Shown: positions 34,799-45,525 of the stretch, piece after piece
Position numbering within the stretch: position 1 is the stretch's first letter
Layout: each line of letters opens with the position of its first letter
Origin: a virus
Reading direction: 5' to 3' (one strand)
Length of the DNA: 64,000 nt
Virus record (IMG/VR): IMGVR_UViG_3300029286_003689
Span: 11,019 to 75,018 of that record
The notes under the pieces: model-generated
Seen by the model: the letters and a program-made list of their open reading frames with translations, nothing else
Told to the model about the DNA's origin: nothing
The model's database searches: none
Made by a program: the position numbers and the translations under genes

Positions 34799-37700
34799 AA
34801 AGCCTCCCAAATATCTGTTCCCATTGAGTCCCGCCTGGAGTATTTAGAAGAATTGCCCTAATAAAGTTGTTTATCTTTTTATCATCATCTTCCGCTCTAA
34901 ACGATGTGCTCAACTTACGAAAAAATTTATTACTAAATTCCACGGCCGGTATCGGATTAGAACCGTATTTAAATGACTGAATTACGGTTCCAAAAAAAGG
35001 AACAGTCTGTAGTCCATTTTCTACTATTTCCTGTTCTATCGTTTTCTCTTCATCGTCTGGCTCTTCGCCACTCATAGCATCTATAAGCGCCCTGATCCCA
35101 CGTCTAATCCCTACCTCTGTAATAGTAGCGAGGCTTAGAAAGAAGAAAATATTCATCGCCTGACTCATACGACCTTCTTTTATACCAGCTCGCCATAAGT
35201 CATGTCGGACAAGGCTCCAACGGTTCAACATAAAAGACTGGAACTGAAAAATCAGCTTATTCACCGATTTATAATGTGTTATTTTATCTCGCGTTAGAAT
35301 GGCTGGGGCATCTTTAAAAAATGAACTGGATTGTGTTCTCCGAACTATCCTTTGAGCATAGTCTATCCCGTCCGGGTTAGGATTAGAAAAATCGACCTCA
35401 ATATTGTTTTCATTGCAGTATTTCTTATAGGCCCCAGCAGCGATTGAAGAAGCAGTTAAACGGTCGAGATTTTGCAATGCCCAAAAGCCTGCCTTTTCGA
35501 CTTCTGATACAACTCCCTTTCCTTCCCCAAATTCCAGAAAGGCGGGATCATCTCCAATTCTTTCTTTTACCTCTGGGAAATTATCCAAAATAAACTTTCG
35601 CCAGTCTTTATTACCGGCTATGGCGTACGCTCCTTCAAATGCGTAGTTCCCAATTAAAGCCGCCCCATCCATAAGGGCGGTCGGCTGAATAAGCGTTGAA
35701 GAAAGCCTATACGCGAGGACTGCCGCACCGGTATGCTTTCTAAGTGTGTCTAAAATATTATGCCTCTCTCCGGCGATTTTGCCTTTCCGCGCTATTAAAT
35801 CAACCCAGTCTCTCACTATTTCTTGACCTAATTCACCTACTGCTTCGGCGTATTCCTCCGAAGAAGCCAATTCTCCAAGCCACTTTGTTTCTTTACCCAC
35901 AGTTACAAAATAAGCAGCGTTATCAACGTGCTTAAGGAATACCTCCATTGCATTAAGCTTAATCTTTTGCTTCCCGCCAACCCTACGCATAGCAAAACCA
36001 TGCTTAACGTTCTTTTTAGGAGCAAGACCAAATTGTTCGACACTATCGCCAAAGCGTGATCGTATTTCAGAAGCGCTCATCTTCTCGAAATCCGTCATAA
36101 ACGGAAAGTAGTTTTTGACTGCGTAAAAAGGTTCGTTATAGACAAGACGCATAATTTCCGAAATAAGGGGCCTAAATGTTTCAAGCTTTTCTCGCATTAA
36201 GTCATAAAATTTCGTTTCTTCGTCGGTAAGTATGATATTTTCTATTTCCTGTTCGGTTAACCCCATATTGATAAGCTTCTCTGTCCCGCCTTCCTGCATT
36301 TTTGCGGCGTACACGCCTATACGTTCAAAATTAAGGACATCAAGCTTTAATTTAGTAGCCAACTCTTTAACCGTATCCTCTGCGTCATTTTTAAGCTGTA
36401 AATACGTAGTAAAAGCCTTATCTATAGTCTGTTTAAATGTTTGGTAGTTTGCCCCCGCATACTTCTTAAAACCATCAAGTAAGTCAAAAATTACATCCAT
36501 AGGAGTTATGGCGAGGTCAAGGTCTTGGAGCTTATTAAGGGCGTCTGTGTATTTATTTTTAAGTTTCTCTCCGGCATTAAGCTTTTCGCCTATTGGCGCC
36601 CGGGTAGATTCTTTTTCTTCGAGAGGCTTGGCGTCTCTCCGGATTTCTGCAAGTGCGGCCTGCTTTCTTTGTTCTTCCGCCATCTGCCGTAATCGTAACT
36701 TAGCTTGTCCGATACGCCCCAACTCATCTATCGTATCTGATAATTCCTCCAACTCTTCGGTAGATATATCGGCTAAGGGCTTGCGCTCCAGAATATCTAA
36801 TTGTTTTAATACCTCTTTAGGCATTTCTATTTCTTTACCCTCTTTTATTGCCCGTTCGATATATTCCCTTGTGCCTTGCAGGGCCTCTATGGTTTCGGTT
36901 CTATGCCCCTGTAACTCAAACTCGTTGACGAGCGCATCGATCGTCTGAGCGTATTCGACGGCTATGGTATTTGATGATTTTGCGCGTTCGGTAGATTTTT
37001 TAATATTACCCACTATCTCCGAACGTGTCTGTTTCTCCTTCATCTGACGCAGGCGCGTTACCACCTTTGGCAATTCTCTTGCCAAATCTTCTTTGGTTTG
37101 AATATTCTTTATAAGCCGTAAGAATTTACCTCTTTCATCAAGAGGAAGTCTTGCGGCTTCTATCATCTCAATAAGTTCACCCTGAACCTTTGAAATTTCT
37201 TCTTTTGTCTGTATCCGGCCTTCTTTTATCCCTTGCTCTGTGGCCTTAATCTTCTCGTTAAGAAGCGTGGTCTCGCGTTTAGTGATTAACTCCGGCCGGT
37301 TAGATTTTATCTCATCAATTAGGTCTTTTCGTGACCTTTCAAGTCCCTGTAAATACTCCTTAAGGCCAACCTCGTCATTAACCTCTACTCCGAAATGATT
37401 GCGTAGCTCCTCCATAGCCTCGTCTGGCTTTAATCCGCCCTCTTTAGTAATATAAAAAGCTGGCGTGCCTTGTAACTCTTCTTTCAGATAAGCGTCTCTG
37501 TATTTTGTTATCCTGCCCTTAAAATACTGCCGAACAGTATCAATCTCCTGTAAAGCGTCCTTTGAGATTTCTACGCGCGCCTGGCGCTCTTCCATACCCT
37601 GTATTTGGCGCTGTAATGGGGTAATGCCAGAAACATCTGGCTTAGATTTTTCAGGCTTGATAAACTCTGAAACCTGTTTTTCTTTAGGCTTAGCCTCCTC

Positions 37701-38867
37701 TTCCTTAATCCCAATACTTTCCCTAAACTGTTTTATTATCTCTCCGCGCTTATTTATGTCTTTTTCTTGTGCTAAATCCTGGACAAGCGTCTCAACTTCT
37801 TTTTTTATGGCTTCTCTTTTTATTGTCTGGGTTTCTCCTCTTGCCTCAATGACCGCTCCAGGTAATGATAAAAGACCTAAGCCGGCGGCCATCCTTGGGG
37901 CTGAATCAAGGAGCTGAGCTTTCCATTCCTCAAGAGACGGCTGGGCGTCCGGATTCTTTTCAATGGTTGCAGCAAGAGATTGACCGCCGAGTTGGATTGC
38001 GTTTTGTATCTCTTCCTCTGCGATTTCCATTCCTACCGTCTTGGCGTATTTTTTTATGAAGTTAAAGATAAAGGTTTGACCGGCTTTAGTGCTCAGGGTT
38101 TTGGCTACCTGTTTACGTATTAACCCTCCGAAAGTCTTTTTTACTACTGGACCGCCTACTAAGAACATCTCCCCAAGCTCAACAACTCCGGTAAGTGTCC
38201 CCGCTACTAAAGCTATGGGCTGGGCGGTTTTTCTGGATATGCCCTTTCCCACCATATCCAAATACATTGATCCACCTTCGCGCTCAAGGATGTTCTTTAT
38301 TACACCGTAGGCAAAACCAGTTTTCATACCAGCGACAAATGCTCCGGGAACGGTTATGATCTCTTCCGGAAAAGCTACTTGCGGGCCTGCCTGGCCTGCT
38401 ACGGCTGCAATCGTCCCAAAGCCCATGCCCATAGGAAAGCCCCATTTAAGACCTTCAAAGGTTGAACTAATCATATAAGGTATTTGCTGGGCGGCCTCTC
38501 CGATAGTGCCTTTAATCGGATGCTCCACAAGAGAAAGGTCTTTATAAGGTCCGGCCATAGTAATATGGTAATCTCTTTCTTTCGTGCCCTTTTGCAGAGC
38601 TTCTTCGTCGGACATCTTACCCTGCATAGCCGAGGCGCCGTAAAGGCTGTATGTTTTCTGAGCAGTATCCATGCCGATTTTGTATCTTATATAGTTAGGC
38701 AAAGAAACATAGTCAGGCTCTTTGACAAGAAGCTTGCCTTCTTCCAGAACACCCTCCGCAGAAACACCGCCAAACTCCGCAAATGGGTCGTTCTTAACAG
38801 GGGGCACGGATTCTTGTCCTTCTTCAAGAGCCACTCCGCCAAATTCTTCAAAAGGATTATTTGGCAC
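34785..38867 (-). CDS. Large internal virion (DNA ejection) protein
   Basis: 1360 aa helical; position equivalent to T7 gp16; RRTQ...FQSF motif. Confidence 0.7.
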   Translation of the reverse strand: MPNNPFEEFGGVALEEGQESVPPVKNDPFAEFGGVSAEGVLEEGKLLVKEPDYVSLPNYIRYKIGMDTAQKTYSLYGASAMQGKMSDEEALQKGTKERDYHITMAGPYKDLSLVEHPIKGTIGEAAQQIPYMISSTFEGLKWGFPMGMGFGTIAAVAGQAGPQVAFPEEIITVPGAFVAGMKTGFAYGVIKNILEREGGSMYLDMVGKGISRKTAQPIALVAGTLTGVVELGEMFLVGGPVVKKTFGGLIRKQVAKTLSTKAGQTFIFNFIKKYAKTVGMEIAEEEIQNAIQLGGQSLAATIEKNPDAQPSLEEWKAQLLDSAPRMAAGLGLLSLPGAVIEARGETQTIKREAIKKEVETLVQDLAQEKDINKRGEIIKQFRESIGIKEEEAKPKEKQVSEFIKPEKSKPDVSGITPLQRQIQGMEERQARVEISKDALQEIDTVRQYFKGRITKYRDAYLKEELQGTPAFYITKEGGLKPDEAMEELRNHFGVEVNDEVGLKEYLQGLERSRKDLIDEIKSNRPELITKRETTLLNEKIKATEQGIKEGRIQTKEEISKVQGELIEMIEAARLPLDERGKFLRLIKNIQTKEDLARELPKVVTRLRQMKEKQTRSEIVGNIKKSTERAKSSNTIAVEYAQTIDALVNEFELQGHRTETIEALQGTREYIERAIKEGKEIEMPKEVLKQLDILERKPLADISTEELEELSDTIDELGRIGQAKLRLRQMAEEQRKQAALAEIRRDAKPLEEKESTRAPIGEKLNAGEKLKNKYTDALNKLQDLDLAITPMDVIFDLLDGFKKYAGANYQTFKQTIDKAFTTYLQLKNDAEDTVKELATKLKLDVLNFERIGVYAAKMQEGGTEKLINMGLTEQEIENIILTDEETKFYDLMREKLETFRPLISEIMRLVYNEPFYAVKNYFPFMTDFEKMSASEIRSRFGDSVEQFGLAPKKNVKHGFAMRRVGGKQKIKLNAMEVFLKHVDNAAYFVTVGKETKWLGELASSEEYAEAVGELGQEIVRDWVDLIARKGKIAGERHNILDTLRKHTGAAVLAYRLSSTLIQPTALMDGAALIGNYAFEGAYAIAGNKDWRKFILDNFPEVKERIGDDPAFLEFGEGKGVVSEVEKAGFWALQNLDRLTASSIAAGAYKKYCNENNIEVDFSNPNPDGIDYAQRIVRRTQSSSFFKDAPAILTRDKITHYKSVNKLIFQFQSFMLNRWSLVRHDLWRAGIKEGRMSQAMNIFFFLSLATITEVGIRRGIRALIDAMSGEEPDDEEKTIEQEIVENGLQTVPFFGTVIQSFKYGSNPIPAVEFSNKFFRKLSTSFRAEDDDKKINNFIRAILLNTPGGTQWEQIFGRLSTND

Positions 38868-40317
38868 GCTTTAAACCTTTCTTTTCTGCTTCGGCTACTT
38901 TATCTTTTGGAATAAATCCAATAGTTCCATCGGAAGCCACCATTTTTACGGTATCTTTCGGCTGGACTTTTGGTATGGCTTTTTCGTGGTAAGCTTCGGT
39001 ATTTTTAACGGCTTCACTCAGTTCGTTCTTGATATATTCCGTGGAAACCTCTAAAGCGGCTTCGTCCGGGTCTTTACCGGCTCTCACCTTATCCATAAGC
39101 ATAGACCACATCTCGTATTGTGCCTCGATGCGCTTTGACTTAAGACCGTAGACAGAGGATTGTGCCTTAAGGGTATCTAATGCCCGGTTGAAATTTGGCT
39201 TTTTTATGAAGAGACTATCAACGCCATATTTGGTATCGGTAAGCAAATCAACCATCTGCGATTTTTCTATCTTGCCATCTGAATATGCCGAAATAATATT
39301 CGCACGAAAACGGGCGAGTTCATCAAAACTGGCTTTATTAAAGAAACGCCTTTTGTGTAAATCTTTAGCTTGAGTAACTAACTTGACGTATTCCTCCGGA
39401 TCAGTTTTCGCCCTTACCGTCTTAGAGCTTAGGATAGCGTTTCTCATCTGTTTGGCGAACTCCGGACGTATCTGTTTAGCCTCAAGCGCCTTATCAACTG
39501 TCAAGATGTCTACCTTAGAACTGTCTAATAGGTAATTCGTCAGTAGATTATCTTCCGCTTCATTCTGGGACTTCAACAGCCCTTCTTCTCTTAGCTTTTT
39601 GTTCTTCTCGACTATACTGCGAAGAGTAGTCATATCCTCCGGGCTGTCAATATCGTTCTGTATGTCCTGTTGATTAAGTAAAAGCTCTGCTTTGTCGGGA
39701 TCGCTTTCGGCAGCGCCATACATAAACATTTTCATTGAGTCGCGGTGGTAATTCTTTAGCAACTTATCTGTTTTGTCTTTTCCGATGGTTCCTGTGGCAG
39801 ATGTCTCCAATGCCTCACGGGTTAACTGATAAGAATTCTTTAATTTATTGGTGTCAAAGGTTCTTCCCAACTGCCTGAACATCTCTAAATTTTTATCGAT
39901 GCTGTCGTTTGTGCTGCTTTCAACATTAACCACTGTCTGCTTAATCCCCCACTCCGCATTGTCAAGCTGATATTGGCTCTTAAGCCGGTCGCTGCTTCTT
40001 AACCATTCCCCACGAGAAAGAAGGCCGACCTTCTCATTGTATTGGCTGAGTATCTTATCGTAATCCGCGTGGAGCTTGCCAAGAGACTCTTGGTTGGTTG
40101 GGTCGCTTTCGTTGGATATGCGCCACTTATTCGTAGCGTCGAGCATTTGCATATTAGCATCTGCCAAGTAATCATTTATATTGGCAAGGTCTTTCCTCTT
40201 CTCCAACTCCGCAAACCCTAAAGCTGTATCTGCGAGACTGGCTAATCCCTCGGCCGTCCTGTCCTGCGGAATCGTAACGTCTGTAACTTCTCTCTTGGCT
40301 AATTGCCTGCGTGCCAT
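38857..40317 (-). CDS. Internal virion protein
   Basis: Helical; T7 gp15-like position. Confidence 0.6.
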   Translation of the reverse strand: MARRQLAKREVTDVTIPQDRTAEGLASLADTALGFAELEKRKDLANINDYLADANMQMLDATNKWRISNESDPTNQESLGKLHADYDKILSQYNEKVGLLSRGEWLRSSDRLKSQYQLDNAEWGIKQTVVNVESSTNDSIDKNLEMFRQLGRTFDTNKLKNSYQLTREALETSATGTIGKDKTDKLLKNYHRDSMKMFMYGAAESDPDKAELLLNQQDIQNDIDSPEDMTTLRSIVEKNKKLREEGLLKSQNEAEDNLLTNYLLDSSKVDILTVDKALEAKQIRPEFAKQMRNAILSSKTVRAKTDPEEYVKLVTQAKDLHKRRFFNKASFDELARFRANIISAYSDGKIEKSQMVDLLTDTKYGVDSLFIKKPNFNRALDTLKAQSSVYGLKSKRIEAQYEMWSMLMDKVRAGKDPDEAALEVSTEYIKNELSEAVKNTEAYHEKAIPKVQPKDTVKMVASDGTIGFIPKDKVAEAEKKGLKRAK

Positions 40318-40328
40318 ATATATCCTCG

Positions 40329-40721
40329 CTAACTAAATAATTTTCCCATTCCCAAAGACAAGTTTCCTAAGCCGCTCAATAACTGGGTCCGGGCCTGTGA
40401 ATATACGTTTTCTATCTGGGTATCGTAATTATCTTTAATCTGGCCTATATCTTCCTTGCCTTTCCTGAACGTACTGGTTAAGACACCCATAGGCGTATCA
40501 TCTTCTCCGGTCAAAGATATGCCTGAATTCAAGAAAGAAACCTTCTGCGCTGCGGCCAAGGCGTTTGTTTCCCGCGCTCTTTCGGTTGCTTTAAGTTCGC
40601 CTTCCTTCTTTAGCGCCTCAGCTTGCTTCTTGGCGCTGGAATTGGATGAGGCCATGCCTGCGGCTGATAAGCCTAATCCGGCACCTACCAAACCCCCCAT
40701 CAAAATAGTCTCTAATCCCAT
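40329..40721 (-). CDS. Small internal virion protein
   Basis: Gly/Ala hydrophobic N-terminus, Q..SF..SG; gp14-like position. Confidence 0.6.
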   Translation of the reverse strand: MGLETILMGGLVGAGLGLSAAGMASSNSSAKKQAEALKKEGELKATERARETNALAAAQKVSFLNSGISLTGEDDTPMGVLTSTFRKGKEDIGQIKDNYDTQIENVYSQARTQLLSGLGNLSLGMGKLFS

Positions 40722-40722
40722 G

Positions 40723-41136
40723 TTAAGCCTCCTGGAATACCATAGCCCACATTTTATAATCTCTATTTTTAAGGAATTTTATCTTTGTCCCTTCGCAAAT
40801 AAACCCTAAGAATTTATGCCACTTATTTAACTCTTCGCAGTCAAGGCTCAAGGTCTCAATGCGTTTGGCGCCTATCCTGTCTTTTAATTTATGGATAAAG
40901 TCTTTTATCTCCTGGCCGTCAAAGCTGTTCATCAATACCGAACACACCAGAAATCCCTCATAGTTTTTCTCGGCGTAATTGCGGTAAAAAATGATAGCCT
41001 TGACTATGCCTTCTTTTTCTAATGTCCAACCTTCATACATCTTCAAAATGGACTTTAGCTTATTGACTAAATCTCCGTCTCCAAAATCATTTAGTTCTAT
41101 ATTGGATAAATCCTCTTCTACGAATTCCCGTATCAT
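40723..41136 (-). CDS. GNAT-fold acetyltransferase-like virion assembly protein
   Basis: W...LGF.CEG...F motif; start ATG 41136 overlapping nozzle stop. Confidence 0.65.
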   Translation of the reverse strand: MIREFVEEDLSNIELNDFGDGDLVNKLKSILKMYEGWTLEKEGIVKAIIFYRNYAEKNYEGFLVCSVLMNSFDGQEIKDFIHKLKDRIGAKRIETLSLDCEELNKWHKFLGFICEGTKIKFLKNRDYKMWAMVFQEA

Positions 41137-43172
41137 AGTTTTGTCCCGTAATTGGCATCGCACATAATTGCCGTAATATGCAAAGGAAGCGGCTCTCTTT
41201 GCCTGACATAAAGACATTTTTCGGTCTCAAAGCTGTCGTCAAAAACTATTTCCCTGCTATCTCCATCCATAGGCAGAGGCGGCAGATCGTAGTATCCGGC
41301 TGGGTCAAAATTCTGTATTTTCTCCATCCTATACAAGGAAGGCCCTATCTCTCCACCGGCTGAGGCAACAAACCTTAGTTTCGCTTTATTTATGTTCTTA
41401 ACCAATGTCTGGGTATTAAGGCCCTGTATCATAAAGCCAAGATTGAATGTTTTAATAAGCCCTTCGTATAATATGCCGATACAGGCAACGGTAACTTCCC
41501 GGTCAAGCGTTAATACTCCGCCAGCCGAAACGGTATATTCGCCTAAATAACCGCCATCTCCGACGACAGATACTTCCATATTGGCGTAATCGGTTAGTCC
41601 GGATATCGTGCTTGCGCTTTTATACCATGAGGAGTAACTGTTCTGTGTAGGAGTAGTCAAGACTTCAACCTTAACAGTCGTTGCGTTTACATATTCAGTT
41701 ATCTCAAAAATTCCTTTCTCAACACCTGTTGCGGTTTTATAATGAATCCGTCTGCCGACATCAGAAGCAGAAAAATCGTTCTCCGAAGAGGTTATTGCAT
41801 CTGTCCCGTTAAAGGTAATCGTGCTGTCATATAAATCCTTGAACACTACGGAATTATCAAGATAAATGCAGTCTTTCATAAGTTCGGCTACATACCGCCA
41901 GTATGCCTCTCGATCCGCTTCTTCGCTCTCCTCGTCGGTATAGAATTCGTGGCGCAAAGGAAACTCTACCTCGCTGGCAAGACGCTCAATGAACACGCCG
42001 TTGTCTCTTTCAATAAGAGCGAACAGGTCATCTTCGCCGGTATTTGGGTTATACATCTTGGCTATATCAAGAAATACGCCTTCCGTGTCGTGTTCATGCC
42101 AACCGACTATTCTCTCAATTTGATTAAAGTTCAACGATAAGAGCGCTCCGTCGTTCCTGAGCATAAAAACAAGGTCATTGCGGCCTTTGATGTAAACCAA
42201 CTTCTTAATGCCGGTTTTCGTAATGTCGTAGCTGACAAAATTAGTATCGTCGGACTTAAAGCTTTCAGTAAGCAGGTCATAAGAAAAGTAGTCTACATTA
42301 CGACCGAGGGCGTTAATATAGAACAGGAAGAGGTCTTTTCTTATCGGTTGCGTATTGTCTGTTCCGTCGGTATTCGTGATCGTGGCTTCTACCGAAGCAG
42401 GGGTTATCGGTTCGCTAACTGAGCCTCCGTTTACCGCAATCAAGGCTTGGGAAGAGCCTACAATAAGGCTATTTGAACCCCCCATAAGCCATATAATGGC
42501 CTCTGTAAGGTCTGAAATCGCAAAAATAACGGCATCATCGTCGTCAACCTCAGCCGGGACCGTAAAATCATCGTAAGAACCGGCTACGCTGCCGTAGATA
42601 TTGGTCTTTTTCTTGCTGGGGCCTCCATACCAAAGCCTGCCCTTGTAAAAGCGTACACAGGCAGGCCAGCCGGTGGATCCGCTTGAGGGATCGTCAAATG
42701 GGTCGGAAGTTCTGGTAAAGGTGGCTAAGGTAAAGCTGGTTGCGCTTACCCGTGTAAGCTTCCTTGGTTCATAGCTATTGTGCACCGCATACATCACGTC
42801 GGCGTTTTGGTCGTATGATAATTCCTTACAGTGAGCCAGAGTATAAGGTGAAGCTACGTCTAAATCGCTGCCTCCACTCTGGACAAGTCCGATATCTCCA
42901 TTCTCATCGTAACTTAAAAATTTTATGTGGCCGTTATAGAAAAGTGCTATATAATCCTGTTCATTAGAGAATTTAAACTCTACAAAACGGCAATCTTGAA
43001 ATTTAAAGATAGTTTCAAAGCCTGGCCGGTAAATCGCATTACCCTTAAAATTGGAAAAGAAATTCCTAAAGACATCCGCCCCGCTTGTATAAATAGGCAG
43101 ATCATACCGGCCGTTAAGATCGTGGTCTAATTTGCCTCTTGAGAAATTATTAAAGCCAGTGGATATCTTCAT
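41133..43172 (-). CDS. Tail tubular protein B / nozzle
   Basis: NFSRG.L...GR.D, RPG, Q.ADV, GWH.H. Confidence 0.85.
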   Translation of the reverse strand: MKISTGFNNFSRGKLDHDLNGRYDLPIYTSGADVFRNFFSNFKGNAIYRPGFETIFKFQDCRFVEFKFSNEQDYIALFYNGHIKFLSYDENGDIGLVQSGGSDLDVASPYTLAHCKELSYDQNADVMYAVHNSYEPRKLTRVSATSFTLATFTRTSDPFDDPSSGSTGWPACVRFYKGRLWYGGPSKKKTNIYGSVAGSYDDFTVPAEVDDDDAVIFAISDLTEAIIWLMGGSNSLIVGSSQALIAVNGGSVSEPITPASVEATITNTDGTDNTQPIRKDLFLFYINALGRNVDYFSYDLLTESFKSDDTNFVSYDITKTGIKKLVYIKGRNDLVFMLRNDGALLSLNFNQIERIVGWHEHDTEGVFLDIAKMYNPNTGEDDLFALIERDNGVFIERLASEVEFPLRHEFYTDEESEEADREAYWRYVAELMKDCIYLDNSVVFKDLYDSTITFNGTDAITSSENDFSASDVGRRIHYKTATGVEKGIFEITEYVNATTVKVEVLTTPTQNSYSSWYKSASTISGLTDYANMEVSVVGDGGYLGEYTVSAGGVLTLDREVTVACIGILYEGLIKTFNLGFMIQGLNTQTLVKNINKAKLRFVASAGGEIGPSLYRMEKIQNFDPAGYYDLPPLPMDGDSREIVFDDSFETEKCLYVRQREPLPLHITAIMCDANYGTKL

Positions 43173-43780
43173 CTCTTATTAAAGTTCTCCGGATTATCGG
43201 CTGTCCTTGCCTGCTTGAATTTAGACCTATTTATCCTTATAGGACGGTTTTCTTGCCCGTTTAATGCGCTTGCCTCTGCCTGATCTGACCTCTTAAGGGT
43301 ATTTAAAGCAGTGAGTTTGTCCGGGTCCTGCGTAAGCTGCAAAGACACCTTCTCACCTAATTCGGCGCTCAGTGCCATGATAAACTCTGCGGAAAATTTA
43401 GTAACGTCGGTTTCGTCTTTGATGTATCTTACTTCCATACCTTCGTCATATTCCTCGTCGGTAAGTATCTGGTTTCCCTCAACTGAATAATTATTTTCCT
43501 TATCCTGAACCTCACCAATACCTAAAAGCTTAAGGCAGTCCTTGGGATATTCATAGGCGTAGGCATAACCGAAGGCAGGGGTCTCTTCTAATTGAGCCAC
43601 AACCTTTCGGCCAAGGGCAAAATTAGGCATAAGCTTCTTAAGCATAAACTGGCGGCAGATGTCATACCAGATTGCGAATACACGCTCTACCGCAGTCTGC
43701 GGGTTATCTAAGCTATTTATGCTTTCTTTGCCTCCTAAGCGACTATATGCAAGATTACAAATCTGTTCTGGTGAATTCAT
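43169..43780 (-). CDS. Tail tubular protein A
   Basis: ICNLA..RLG, NFA, Y.YP.DCL. Confidence 0.8.
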   Translation of the reverse strand: MNSPEQICNLAYSRLGGKESINSLDNPQTAVERVFAIWYDICRQFMLKKLMPNFALGRKVVAQLEETPAFGYAYAYEYPKDCLKLLGIGEVQDKENNYSVEGNQILTDEEYDEGMEVRYIKDETDVTKFSAEFIMALSAELGEKVSLQLTQDPDKLTALNTLKRSDQAEASALNGQENRPIRINRSKFKQARTADNPENFNKR

Positions 43781-43891
43781 ATTCTCACCTCTTATCTCCT
43801 AATGAATCCGATTAAATATCTATCTTTAGGGGCGGGAGAGAGGAGCCGGAAAACCCCTCTCCCCCTCGCCTAAGCTTAGACTAACTGATTG

Positions 43892-44368
43892 CTACGCAGG
43901 AAACTGTATTAAAATCTCCGCTTCAATCGTACCTACGCCAGCACCTTGGGTATTTACCGTGGCGGTTACATTAACTCCGCCTGATGGTTCTGATTCTGGG
44001 GATACACCAAGAAGCTCGGCAATGGTCTTAGTTTTATCCGCAGAAAGTATATCAATCGCATACGTTCTTGCAGCCGCGAAAGAAATACCATCGACAAGGA
44101 TATCCTTGTCGACTACTGCGTTGTTATCTGACCGATGAAGCCCAAAATCAACATCAGTCAAATCGGTTACTACCGCACTTCCGAACGGGAAACGAATACC
44201 GATAATCTTTGCAGAATAGGGTAAGTTTCTCGCCAGAATATGGACGTCTCCATCCGCGGCACCAGACGTAATACTAATTGCTGCCTGAACTATGCGCGGA
44301 TAAATCCCGTTACCATATAACGGGTCTTTAGGTTTTGCTGTATATCCTAACGTGTTAACAATAGCCAT
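43892..44368 (-). CDS. Capsid decoration/minor capsid protein
   Basis: Beta-rich; directly after MCP. Confidence 0.55.
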   Translation of the reverse strand: MAIVNTLGYTAKPKDPLYGNGIYPRIVQAAISITSGAADGDVHILARNLPYSAKIIGIRFPFGSAVVTDLTDVDFGLHRSDNNAVVDKDILVDGISFAAARTYAIDILSADKTKTIAELLGVSPESEPSGGVNVTATVNTQGAGVGTIEAEILIQFPA

Positions 44369-44427
44369 CTCAAACCTCCTTATTTAGCCAGGCGCTCAAG
44401 CTTTAAGCTCAAGCGCCTGACGATTGT

Positions 44428-45363
44428 TTATATTGTGGTCGTTACGATTATTACCCTGGCACCCTCAGTCCTCATAGCGTTGATCCAGAGGTCTATGGTG
44501 ATATCCATTGAGTTGACCTTATTCGGGTTTTTCTCAACAGACAGGTCTCCTATTTCCATAGCAACGGCTACGGATTCAGGAGTTAGCGCAAGGCAGTTCC
44601 TTACGGTCCCGCTTGAAGGAGTTTCATCAAGCACGGGGCTTGTAACGGTAAGGCCCGTTTCGCTACCGGCGAACAAAGCCACTTCAAACAAACCGGCTTT
44701 GCTAATTTTCCCGTCGGCAATCGGTTTTGCGTCCATATACAGGCTGTTGATAAACTTATCATCAGCCATTAACGCGCTGTTTTCCTTGCCCGTGATACAA
44801 AGCACGGAACCGCGTATCAGATCATACGGCAGATCGTTGTTGATGAACTTCTGGATAACCCCGTTGAGAATCGTGGAAGAGATACCAGCAGTTCCGGCAA
44901 CGGTAAGAACGCCATCAGTAGCAGCGCTGACTGATGTAGGAGCTGCGTCGGGCTGTCCGATAAGGACGGCGCCCTGAGCGGCTGAGGCGATAACGCGGTC
45001 AATCACGCGCTCTTTAGCGTTAACTAATTGTTTCAGGATGTCACTGGTGGGGTCTTTTAGAAGCTCATTGATGTCATATTTCGCATCGATGGTGATGGTT
45101 TTGGTGAACCGGCGCTTTGTTAACTGCCTGTTATCCACCGAATAATCGCCGTAGGACTTATTCGGGTTGCGGGTTGACACTTCTTCCAGCTCAATGCGGC
45201 CAATGCGAGCCAGATTGTTTGTTTTGCCTTTGGAAGGCAGATACGTTACTACCTTTGACCCTCCCAAAAGGGATTTGGTCTGCTGAGCCAACTCCATAAA
45301 GTTATCCTGGAAGATGAGCTTAGCAGCCTGGTCGATGCTCGGACTGTAAGTGTTGCTTGCCAT
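44428..45363 (-). CDS. Major capsid protein (type distinct from prophage A)
   Basis: F.DN...LAQQ..S.L, DP.S, D.VI..A; strong RBS; between scaffold and tubular A. Confidence 0.8.
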   Translation of the reverse strand: MASNTYSPSIDQAAKLIFQDNFMELAQQTKSLLGGSKVVTYLPSKGKTNNLARIGRIELEEVSTRNPNKSYGDYSVDNRQLTKRRFTKTITIDAKYDINELLKDPTSDILKQLVNAKERVIDRVIASAAQGAVLIGQPDAAPTSVSAATDGVLTVAGTAGISSTILNGVIQKFINNDLPYDLIRGSVLCITGKENSALMADDKFINSLYMDAKPIADGKISKAGLFEVALFAGSETGLTVTSPVLDETPSSGTVRNCLALTPESVAVAMEIGDLSVEKNPNKVNSMDITIDLWINAMRTEGARVIIVTTTI

Positions 45364-45400
45364 CTGTTACCTCCTGTTTAAGTTGTTTAACTACTTACTC

Positions 45401-45503
45401 ACCTGGTCGAAAAGTGTCCGCGTTTCAGCGGGTTTTCTTGATGTTCTTAGGTGAACATCCAAGACCTTTCGCACCGGGCTTCTTAAACAGAAGGTGTCCG
45501 GGC
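45401..45503 (-). ncRNA. Structured 5' leader of capsid gene
   Basis: Multi-stem fold with two GGACAC/CCC internal-loop motifs. Confidence 0.55.
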
Positions 45504-45525
45504 ATTTCTTTGTTGCTAAAAATTC

